Positions 40,685 through 51,541 of a DNA stretch of 64,000 nt are shown here, piece after piece (the stretch's first letter is position 1; each line of letters opens with the position of its first letter). Origin of the DNA: Fimbriosthenelais zetlandica (lineage: Eukaryota); contig OZ365112.1 in the NCBI GenBank assembly GCA_977030845.1, forward strand, positions 18,166,001 through 18,230,000, given 5' to 3'. The translations under genes were made by a program, and so were the position numbers. The notes under the pieces were generated by a model. That model did no database searches and was not told the origin of the DNA. It saw nothing but the letters and a program-made list of their open reading frames with translations.

Positions 40685-41259
40685 CTGTAAATGAGAAAGA
40701 AAATAATTTGTGTCATAAATGGATTACTTGTAGACTAGCCCCAAAAACCGTGACTCTCCAGTCCTGGGATGGGATGAAGAATTAGGCTAATTGTAGGCCA
40801 CTTATAACACTTTAAATTAAAATTTAAAATTATTATTATTACTCAGCAGTGGACAGCTGATCGGCTACTAGTTTTTTACAGGTCTAAGACTATGATTTGC
40901 GAAGGCTAGGCCCATGGCCATGTCTATACCTTGCCCAAAATTGCTTGCCCTTGCCCTTTATAATACCCTGCCCCTGGCAACCGAAAACAGACACGACTTT
41001 CGTCCCCGCATCAATACACAAAGCGGCAATCAGATAACAATAGATGATCGGGAAGTGTTAAGCGATGTGTGGTCAATACTATACAATGGCAAAAAACACT
41101 TTTACTTGAAATATTTTACATGACACGTCTTTGAACATACAGGAACGTGACGGCCCTCATGATTCCCCACACCAACACATGACATGCGTGTAGCTGTCAA
41201 AGTAGGACACAAAGTGTCAACAGTGACAGGTATGTAAACTCCACTATTAAGCCACTTAC

Positions 41260-41400
41260 CTTCTCTGTTTCATCAGCACTGACGGGGATAGATGTGAAGA
41301 TTGTAAATATCAGGTGGAATGTCACGATCGTGACCCCTCTGGTCATCCTACATGGCTATTTCCGACGATTTAAAGATGACCCCGACCCAACACGGCAGCC
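41260..41400 (-). other. PRELID1: PRELID1 5'-UTR exon 1 (inferred; 5' end approximate)
   Basis: Consensus donor AAG|GTAAGT at 41,260, adjacent to the promoter-like region at 41,400-41,640. Confidence 0.55.
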
Positions 41401-41700
41401 AGCCGGAAGTGAAAAGGATCCAAACAGGACGCGCCGCAGAGAATATTGATAAAAATCTCGAAAATCGTCAATGATTGTTAATAGATGAAAAGAAATGGCC
41501 AATAAAAGGTACATGTATTATGGACCACGACTGAAATAAATATATCACGAATATATGCGAATTTAACATGACATAGTTTTTTGACCAATCACAAACTTCG
41601 ATGTTCGTAAGTGCAGAGTTTCAAAATGGCCGCGCCCAGCATCCCGCAACGTTAGGATCAAAACTACCGATTCGCAATCGATTTTTCACGATTTACATCT
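41370..41700. promoter_or_regulatory. Bidirectional promoter between PRELID1 and RPUSD1
   Basis: The genes are head-to-head. ETS/GABP motif CCGGAAGT at 41,403-41,410, CCAAT at 41,585, YY1-like AAAATGGCCGC at 41,623-41,633; locally CpG-rich. Confidence 0.6.
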
Positions 41701-42134
41701 CAATGAAGGAATATTTTATGGTTAAATGGCATTAAATAGAGACGTATCTGGAATACAAAGCGACAACCTGAAAATTGAAGGCAAACAATGTGTAAATGAA
41801 GAGAAACTTACTGTATGTTGATGGAAGTCTCGTTGACGTTGATCACAACAAGGGGTGGGGCAGTGTGAGTCTATGACTCTGAGAATAGGATGGACTGAAT
41901 GTTTGGACTCAGTCCCCTCATAAAGGATACCTGTATATTACAGCACCATGTTCTGGCCCAGGAGATTGATTCTTTCTGCATGAAGACTCTTCGATTTATT
42001 GGGAATTCCTATTGACAAAAAAGAAAAACATGAATAAATCATAGGCATAGCCATAAATCTGCTGTAACAGTTGTCTCCTACTACAAGACAGGTTGTTCCG
42101 TCTGAGTAGATAATGACCCTCTGATTTTACTACA

Positions 42135-42421
42135 ATGTCTCTAAAAATACTTTTTGATCTCTGGAATTTTGTGACTCAGAAGACATTTGAGTGGTGCCGG
42201 TGGACATATATAAATATCATACGTATAGGTTTAGGACAGGCAAAAATGTCAAAGATCACAGACATTTCAGTGCTATACAAAAATGAACATTTTATTGTGG
42301 TTAATAAGCGTGAAGATATCAAGATCAATAGTGATAACCCGAGGGACTACATCACTGTTTCAACACAGCTAAAATATCTCTTCCCAAACACTTACTCGGA
42401 TGAAGTCGCTCATGGCTACAG
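42135..42421 (+). CDS. RPUSD1: RluA-family pseudouridine synthase RPUSD1, exon 1
   Basis: ...ISVLYKNEHFIVVNKREDIKINSD...TVSTQLKYLFP...HGY matches RPUSD1 motif I. Donor AG|GTAAAT (phase 2). An alternative start is possible at the ATG at 42,246. Confidence 0.9.
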
Positions 42422-42507
42422 GTAAATATTCTTTTATGGTAATTAATGAAAGATCACTAAAAAAATATCAACAAGATTAATCAGTTGTTATTACTTTTAT
42501 TTTTCAG

Positions 42508-42631
42508 GTTTATTCACCGACTTGATTACGCCACTAGTGGAGCTCTCTGTATTGCCCTTACAAAGAAGGGGGCACAGTTGGGAAATGCAGCATTCAAGAA
42601 TCGCTTAGTCACAAAGCATTACTTGGGCCTG
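42508..42631 (+). CDS. RPUSD1: RPUSD1 exon 2 (catalytic HRLD motif)
   Basis: Acceptor ttttatttttcAG. Encodes (R)FIHRLDYATSGALCIALTKKGA...VTKHYLGL. Donor CTG|GTAAGC (124 nt). Confidence 0.95.
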
Positions 42632-42803
42632 GTAAGCATATTTGCTGGAATATTATGGCCATTAAACATGTCTGTAAATATTTGTTTAATTCTTTAGAAA
42701 TAAAATATTCCTTAACTCTGGGATTAGACTGAATATGTATTAAAGGAAAATTATATTTTTCCTTCAGAGAGATTATTACCAACATATGAAATTAAATTTT
42801 TAG

Positions 42804-43017
42804 GTTCGCGGGCATGTTGATCCACAAAAACATGATGGTCTCCAAATCAACATAGGTATTGGGAAGGATACCAGTTATAGTAACGTTTATAGAATGTGTA
42901 TAGAGGGCCACCCGTCTTGTGAAGCACCAAGGAACGCCCTCACTACAGTGTGCCTACTGGAGCATGGTGAATACGACGGAGAGCCCGCGTCCCTCCTCCT
43001 CCTTATACCTCACACAG
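42804..43017 (+). CDS. RPUSD1: RPUSD1 exon 3
   Basis: Acceptor tttttAG. Encodes VRGHVDPQ...RMCIEGHPSCEAPRNALTTVCLLEHGEYDGEPASLLLLIPHT (cf. human TMCIEGSQGCENPKPSLTDLVVLEHGLYAGDPVSKVLLKPLT). Donor ACAG|GTAAAT (214 nt, phase 1). Confidence 0.93.
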
Positions 43018-43194
43018 GTAAATCCTTAACTTCTTAATGTCATAAAAGCTAATAAGTAATAAGCAAAATACCAATATTTAACACTGAAACCTTTTACCAG
43101 TTATAAATAGGTCCTTGAAACATTCCTGAAGCGAAACGATTGGGTCTTATTCATTTCATTCATTGCTTTTTCTTCTCTTTTTATATTCTTACAG

Positions 43195-43502
43195 GTCGCA
43201 CGCATCAGCTCCGGGTACATTGTGCACATATTGGCCACAAAATTGTTGGCGATTATACATATAGCAACCGGACTGATGTGAAGCCATATCGTATGATGCT
43301 CCATGCCTATCGCCTCATTATCCCTACCAAGATAGAGACAATTAATATCACATCCCCAAGTCCGTTCACCTCAGAGCGCGACCCCTTGTGGTCAGTCTCC
43401 CAAACATTTCTTACATATGAAGAATATTTGCAAAGAAATGAATCAGACGCTTTAGATACGAATATACATGCATGCACTAAAGCTGGGAAAAGCTCAAGGT
43501 GA
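43195..43502 (+). CDS. RPUSD1: RPUSD1 exon 4 (to stop; total 310 aa)
   Basis: Long polypyrimidine acceptor. Encodes GRTHQLRVHCAHIGHKIVGDYTY...YRMMLHAYRLIIP (RluA motifs). TGA at 43,500-43,502. Confidence 0.95.
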
Positions 43503-43745
43503 TTTTTAAAGTCGAATCGAATAAATACTCGTAGTCAAGGAAATTATCATGCCATTTTTATTGCCAAGGACTAGTGTCAAACTCCAGTGTGGTGTCATGA
43601 AAAATCTATTTTTAAACAGATTTACAGATATGGAGTTTACAAAGTTCGATATTTTACAACACTGTTCTTAAAAGGTTGTCTTTTAGGGTATACTTCACTA
43701 TGACATTACGTATATTGTGACAAATTTTGATACCATTATATTTAT

Positions 43746-43751
43746 AATAAA
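43746..43751 (+). terminator. Candidate RPUSD1 polyadenylation signal
   Basis: AATAAA about 245 nt after the stop; alternatives at 43,520 and 43,895. Confidence 0.3.
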
Positions 43752-46700
43752 ACATTAAGAATGAACCCGCCTATGTGTTGAACTAGTGGTTTACATTATC
43801 CACGCGTGCATGCTCCCACTGCCGTCAACTACACATGCTTTATTTCACACAAACTTCCTAATTCGTTAGGTCTACTGTTGTATACAAACCAAGCAATAAA
43901 TAGATCTCTGACATTTTGAGTCACTTTAGTAAGGACATGACATAATTACATTTTTCCTTTTCTGATATAAATAGCTTAGCTGAAAATAAATATCTGACAT
44001 GTACATGATATGCACCATTGACGTAGATGAATAAGTTTTCACTAGAGGATATAGTGGTGACGAGTAATATATATCATCTACAAAATTCAGCATTACCTCA
44101 ATACAAAATATATTTCTACTTATTTACGATACTACCACACCAAAGGAATCCTCAATAAACACTTACAAGTGTTTTAAGAACACTTCATAATAGCTGAACG
44201 AAAGATTCACTGTAAATGTGTAGTTATTTAACAATAGCATAACTTAAAAGTGCCCTGCACCAAATAATATATATAAAAAAAAATCTTGAACAAAAATAAA
44301 ACCCTGAACTTATATAAGATAGCATTAGATAAATGTTGACTATACTCTGATTGTACTAGTCATTGCTTAGTGCCAATACTATACAGTATTAATGCGACTT
44401 AATGCCGGGAAATAGCACCTGGTGAGACGTGACGTATTTGGAGTCTTAGTAAAGATAGTGAGTTAATGGTTAAAATTATAACAAGGCCTGACCGAAAATA
44501 GCTGTGAGGCACTTGTTAATCAACTGTAATGTCAGTCGTGCATGCTGTTGAATACTATAGCGTATTACAGTGTGACATTTATATAAAAGGGAGGAAGTCA
44601 TGAACACAACTGATATGAACCTGTTATGTTCAGAATCGTTTGTGGAACATATCTTAGTAATTGAACATTGACTATTACTTATAGATGCTGAGACGTTACA
44701 AAATGTTATAACGTTGGTAGTATGTGCCTCCTCTCGAATTTATAGTGTTATCGGCTAGCAACTCCACAGTATATCCAGTTGGGCTAACATTATTGAATTT
44801 CTCACGGATAAAAAAAATTGTCTCAATAAACTTGGGTGTGTATCACTGCACAGGAGTGCATTATCAGAGTTTGATCTTGGCCTATAGATGGAGGCTTTGT
44901 TCACTATGCAATATGAAGTGTTAGCTCACGACCTTACGACCACCACCGAAGTGTTCATTTGCTACATCTTACGCGATGTAGCTATTATACAGCTGGGAGT
45001 TTATGGTGATTTTGAATATATAGAGCTATCTACATACTGCATTTCATTTTAAGAATGCAAGTCAATTATACGTTTAAAACTTTCTGGAAGTTCTCAGTTC
45101 TCATAAACAAAAATCAACAGTCCATATAGGCCTATATGAAAGGATAAGGAAAAGAGGTTATATTTCTTCTCATGATTTATGATTTCGAGCCACTTAAGTC
45201 CTTGATAACGATAAAGTCCTTGAATTTTGTTGACTGACATATCTGCTTATATGTCTTTGGACTAACCCCCTAAATACATTACAGAATATAGGCTCTCTAC
45301 TACTGAACCAGTGCTTCAATCTTTACTACTTAAAACGTCGCTTATTCTTAAGGCAGCCACTAGCTTTAAATTTTGAACACACATTGTCTGTTTAAGAGAG
45401 CATCGACACCGTTAACTACTTCTGATATATAGTACCACAATATCCTGACAAAGAACACCACAGATGTGCCAGTAATTCTGTATAAAAATTGTCACAAACC
45501 TCACTGATCGAATCTATCGTCTGATATAAGCTTGTAAACAGTGCTGCTACTCTTGGATTTCATTTATGTAGTTAAATAAATTAATATCTTTCCACCGAAA
45601 TTTGATTTCAATGTGGTATATCACCGAGAAGGCAAGTCCAGAGAAGTTTCCTAATACCTTAAATCTTAGGCACTTATTGTATGAAATGCCCAACTTACGT
45701 ACTAGAAAATTTATCGTTTTAATACATACGGATCAATCCTCCTTAACATAGACTGTGATCATTATATATTCATATTCTTCGTGGTTTGTTTCCACTATAT
45801 GTATTCATTTTTTTAAAGTACCGGTTATCATCTTACTTTTTCAACTGTACATTCATATTTTAGCGCTTTCAGATTATATACTTGCAATGCCAGTTGTTAT
45901 TATGGCAAGCGATTGATCAAGGTTGTCTAAACTAATGGCCAGCTGTGACACTACGTGCATGTAGATGCCACTAATGGCCGGGCCTTTACTCAGGAAGAGG
46001 CACAATCCCTTCAAACAAATACAACGGCAAATTCTTTTGAGGAAGTTATTCCTCCCGCTAAATATCAATTTTCCTCGATGAAAATTTTCAAAATAAAACA
46101 AAAAAAGTCGAGGTAATTATGATCATTCCGGTCTTTGGTACCATTTTCTTTGGCCAAAGACGTTACATATTTCCAGTGCAATAGCATATATGCACTGAAA
46201 AGTCACGATACAAGAATTGTATGCTAAGTCTATAGAAGTGTTTATCACAAGCCAAGCTAAACGTGAGGCACAGACTGGGTACAAATGTCCTGCTTTGTCC
46301 CAAAATATCCATCTACACTTTCATTCAGGTGTACAATTATTACTGTACATATTCATCTACAGTCATATCTCATCAATCCCAACCATCAGAGGTTATCATC
46401 TCACAGAAAAAATCTTCTTCGGCCCTTCTTATAACCTTTCTCTATTAAAAAGTATTCCCCATTTAATATTTTAATAACGTTTCTAAACTCTTTGAAAGAC
46501 TTTCACGCATGACGATGCAAATTGCTTGAAAACTAACTAATGTATTTGTTAACTAGTTCCATACTAGCAGAATAAATTTAACAATTTGGCTAGGCAGAAT
46601 ATATCCATGGTTTAACATATTTCTGTTGCCTTTGGGATATAACTAGGAACTAAAGCAATCAGACCATCATGTAGAACTAGATTTTAATTTGGCAAGACCA

Positions 46701-49700
46701 GTGGTAAACGAAATACTGATTTTAACCCATATGGGTTACCTAGATCTGCTGGTCTAAGCCATGAGAAAATAAAGGACTAACCTGGGCAAAAGTTGGAATA
46801 GTTTACCTACTAAAATCATAAATAAATCATTCCATAAAATCTAAATCTTTCGAGGGCAAGGGTATAGCTAAATATAATTTTCAGCAGTTAGCTATGATGA
46901 ATTATTTGGTAGTAACACATAAAAGTGAACAGCTACAAATGTATAAACTAACAGCTACAAAGACTGCCCTTGGCACAACGAAACCATCATATAGCCTTGT
47001 CTTACTAAATAAATACCCACTACTCTATAAACCCTTAAAAGCCTATAAATTTATTTGGCGTTTCCTTTATCTTTTATTCAGCCTAAAAAAACTTCTGCAA
47101 ACTCAGAAATTAGGTACTTTCCCCTCATCAGCAGATGATAAATTATTTTTCTTGAAAATAATACACAATTCCTTGGGAGGTTTGGCATGCGGTGATTAAC
47201 TCGAAAGGGACAACATTCATCTAGAAATCTTCATAGAGATTAACTTCAACTATGGGGCGTGAATATGTTAGGATAGCCTCATAAGTATCAATGCAAAAAG
47301 CTTTATAAATAAAAAGGCGACTGTGTCTGTAAACTTATCTAGCTGGCTACGTGTATACTCATCTGACGTTAATGGAGCGCATAGAAATTTTCTAAGTGCA
47401 GAAAGTTTTTTTAAATTTATATTGTTCTGAATTTTGCATCCACTGCCCAAAGGCCGAGGTATGCATAGCAGATAGATCTGCGTACATACCATCCAACCTT
47501 TGTTAATTTTTATAGGATTGATTTTGCCTTCCTCACTTTCAATAACTAAAGGTTCGTCATACACATGCGTGTACCTCGGATAAACCCTACATTTTACATG
47601 GGCATATATAGCAACACACTTTTATTGACAAGGCCTGGGATTCGCCCGTGTAAATCGGATAAAAGTGTAGTTTATGGCTATGGTTTGGCGTAACTAAATT
47701 CTGGATATACTATATGTGAAAAAAAAACCATAGTAGTATTAACTCTAAGAATCTAAGGTCATAACAAAAAAAAGAAATATATCAACTCGGTAAAATGACA
47801 TCTAATAAAACGTTTAAGCACCTGCGGAAAAAAAATCACTTATCTGGAAGCTAATAACGTATTTTAGGGATAATAATTATAGGCTTCTCTAACTGTACCA
47901 AATAAATATAAAATAAAAACAGTATGTGCATTCTACAAATAATATTTTGGACTAAAACGGCTTATGAATTGGACACTAGTGGATGAAACACTGGGTTTAT
48001 CAAGCACCATATGAGCAAAAGCTTGTATACGATTCACTCCTTTCACCTTTACAATCACGCCCTTATATAGTTAGCTTTAATATAAATTGCACTATAGTAT
48101 CATTTATAATCGTGCCGTGTGCGTTTGCAGCGTTATTGGACAGTGTACCACCTGCAACACTTATACCTATAGGCTGCTTTATGTTCACCCTTTTAACTTT
48201 TTCTAAGGTCCGCATCATTCGAGATGTCATTAGATCATACATGGGAGCCTAACCTAGATATTAGATTTTATTTTCAAGACCCCATATGAACATTTAAGGA
48301 GGGAATGACTTTTTCTCGTGCGTTTTGCCATTGCTTGCTCCCAATACGAAGGATTCGTAAGAATCAACCATTACCTTTCAAAGGTAAAAGTTTTGGAGCA
48401 GTAAAACGAGGGAGACTACCCAACCCTGCCATTTGTCATAACTAATATAAGTAACTACAAATACTGAGCCCTCACACTGCTTCATGATCATTGTAAAGAA
48501 ATTCTCTTGATAGCAGGGACCTCAAAAGGTATAACACATCCTTCTTTACAGTCTTCTGTTTAAGCTTAATTAAGTAATTAATAATTAAATTAAGTAAAAC
48601 TTACTCAAAAACTAACCCTAGAAACTCTTGATATGCATCTTATATTGATTCAAATGTGACTATTTTCCCCGCCCTGTATGGCCTCAAGCAGGTATATTGT
48701 ATTGGTCTGACATGTATATTGTGTATCTAAGTGTTTTATATATGTAGAACATGTAAAAAAAAATCTCACATTAACTTCTACAAAGTGATAAGTTCTCATC
48801 AACATAGATCCAATCCGAACTGGTAGGTGCAGAATTTAAATTTACTGACTACCAGGGAATTTACGGAATGAATTATTGCTTAATTTCAGCTCTGATGCTC
48901 TAAAGAAAATCCAACTTATGGCTGATGCAATGATTGTGCTATTCAGGCATGTACTGTTGTGCATGTACAGGCAGCTACAACTTGAGCAAATGAAGCAGAG
49001 CAGCTCTATCACAAAAGTCGGCAACATCCAGAACTGAGGATGTACTCTGGGTAGGTTTGATCAGATGCCTTCAGGCGGATATCCTTAACAGATGGAACTA
49101 AGCTAATGTTAATCATTCTTAACAATAATGTCTCATCCTTTCCTCCTTCCAAAAATTAATAAATGGCTAATAAGGTATGTGTATCTTACGGTTATTTGGT
49201 TGTTATGAGTATGTTATGGACTTACCTTAATGGCCCGTATACATGCCTAGGCTTCTACTACTTTCAAGCCCCCTAGCCCCCGGCTTGTAATTGAGATATG
49301 CTTTTATTATTTTCAAGGGGCATGTTTTCAACTTCAAAGATGCTTCAGCATATCATGGACCAGCTAAAATACACTGTATCCCATTGCATGCTGCTAGGTG
49401 ATGCCTGTATACCCAGCAGTCATAGTCATAGTTGAATGACTATTTCTGATAAGAGAATCCACTGAATTGATCAGTTAACTGGTGTCAAAAGGGGGAGTTC
49501 CTCACAGAGGACACTTTTGGGTTTATAATCAAGAACCCCGGCTTCTATTCGAGATTTGATTTTAATTGGATTGTATACGGTCCATTACGGTATGCGCCTA
49601 AATCCTGCATTTTAGTGATTGATATTAATCTGAAGCTCCCTATACCAGCTTATTCTAAATAAAATCTCAGGGCTACAAGTTGTATATCTTGCTTTGATAA

Positions 49701-49897
49701 AATAGTGCGCATTCCTTGGATAAAATATAGCAAAATATGCATATTGAAAGTAGCAGCAATGTGCCCCTAATATCTACTTTTTGTATAACAAATACCATGG
49801 ACCATTTTCTATCTCTTGCAAATCTACACTGACATTTCATCTAGACACTGCTCTATCAGAGCTGTGTGGTGATCCGGTCTATCATCAAAGTCTGTTG

Positions 49898-51009
49898 TCA
49901 ATCAAACTCTGGGCGAAAGTGCAGGAAGTTGATGAGCTTGAGGGGAAGTGGAAGATCTGTAAGATGACTCTGAGGGAAGTGTTGGAGGATAACTATCCTG
50001 CACATGGTCTGCAGGTTGAGGGGTGTTGGTAGCTTGTAGACCTGGACAAAGTGTTGATTAGGGAGGTCCATCATGTTCATTACTAGAGCCATCCTGTTAC
50101 CACACTGTGAGAAAACTGGTGTGTAGTTGACAGGGCAAAGGTGTTGTGAGCAGGTATAGCGTTGGTACTGAATGCAGTGCAGCGTCTCCGTCGTCTCTCC
50201 ACTGAAAACATATATGCTACTGTTAACGGGCCGATAGTTCCTCGTCTTCTTCTCCCTACAATAACAAGTAGTATCAAGAATAGTAGCAATGATGAGGGAG
50301 CCGTCCCTTGTGTAACACAAGTCCTTCATGTATGGGTATAGCGTGTCGTGAGTGTCGGTCAACTGTGAATTAGTCTTTAAGCATCGCCATGAATCTATCT
50401 GCACCAATGTCAAACTATTATTCTGATTAGGCTCAAAGTTTGTAGCTGCAATTCTCTTCCATGTGAACTTTGGATCAAAGCAGAAATGGCAGACGCGTGT
50501 GTTGAGCTCGATCTCCGCCAGAACAACCTTCATCTGGAGGTCATAAAGCTGGAAGAGACTGGTGTCCGTCCTCTGTCCTCGCCTACCGGTGTACTTGAGC
50601 ACCTTTATCAAACATTTCGTCTTGTCAGGACTGATTTCTCCAGCCAAGTCTTCATTGAACAACTCCGTGTGCTGCTTCCCAAAGATGCCCATAAACTTGT
50701 TGATGCGGAGCTCGAGAAGGCCAAACTGTGAGATGGTATTACGCGCCAGGTGTAACACGACCAAGTTGTCGCGGAAACAAAGGACACTTTTAACCCGGAA
50801 GTGGTGGATGGACGAGAGCTGGGCTGGGATGTGATTGTACTCAAAGTGCTCAGCCATCTTGGCAAACTTGCTCCGCTTGCGGAAGGAGAAGAAGGAGGAG
50901 CCCTTGTTGATGTTGATGATTCCCTGCCGACTCATGCAGAATGAGAAGCTACAATCTTTATGCACCACACCATCACAGGTTAGGGCAGTCTCTCTGAAGC
51001 CTCCAGCCT
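49898..51009 (-). CDS. SOCS-box protein, coding exon 2 (beta-rich, probably propeller-like region plus C-terminal SOCS box)
   Basis: Long open frame. Acceptor ccattcttgcctttcctcAG at 51,010-51,011. The C-terminus VYKLPTPLNLQTMCRIVILQHFPQSHLTDLPLPLKLINFLHF has a BC box (LxxxCxxxI) and a Cul5 box (LPLP). No orthologue recognised. Confidence 0.9.
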
Positions 51010-51381
51010 CTGAGGAAAGGCAAGAATGGACATTATTAGATTCATAATTCATCACCTGACAGGAATTATTTAAATAATTATTTAAATGTTGAAATCTCAT
51101 ATCATAAGGCTGATATCTTCTGACTGAATCCCCAAGATGAGAATTCAGTAAAAAGATATTATTGATATGATTTAATGACAATGACTGACCATTACTGATA
51201 TATATCTGATTAGTTTTATAACTGATAGGATGGGAATTTAAACACTGAGCTGCTCACAGGAGAAACTCAATGAGTCCTTGGTCCCTCATCTACTTCAATG
51301 CAGTATTGAATCTGTACTGTAAAATCACTTCTGTCAAAATTTCACTCCAGTAAATTAAGGATTAATATCAGTAAAGCATAC

Positions 51382-51541
51382 CTGCATGTCCATCCTTCCA
51401 TTTTTCGAGTGTACACTGATGCAGCAGGGTCCATGCGGTGGCCTCTGACTCTCGCCTACATGAGTTGGGATAATCCACAGCACCGCTAGCAAAGCTGGGT
51501 GATGCCGACCCACACGAACTCTTACTCTCGTCAGCTCCCAT
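51382..51541 (-). CDS. SOCS-box protein, coding exon 1 (MGxxxS N-terminus)
   Basis: Acceptor gttttgtattcAG at 51,558-51,559, then ATGATGGGA. The open frame reads MGADESKSSCG...KWKDGHA to a CAG|GTATGC donor (160 nt from the second ATG, phase 1). This phase fits the acceptor at 51,009. Confidence 0.7.

Noticed and set aside
50486-51047. Plus-strand ORFs of 70-90 aa
   Set aside because: Antisense shadows of the SOCS-box CDS.
51010-51181. N-terminal part (MSLNHINN...) of the 427-aa ORF, and the alternative acceptor at 51,055
   Set aside because: AT-rich intron-like sequence ahead of a strong polypyrimidine acceptor. Using 51,055 with the upstream exon gives an immediate stop (GDEL*).
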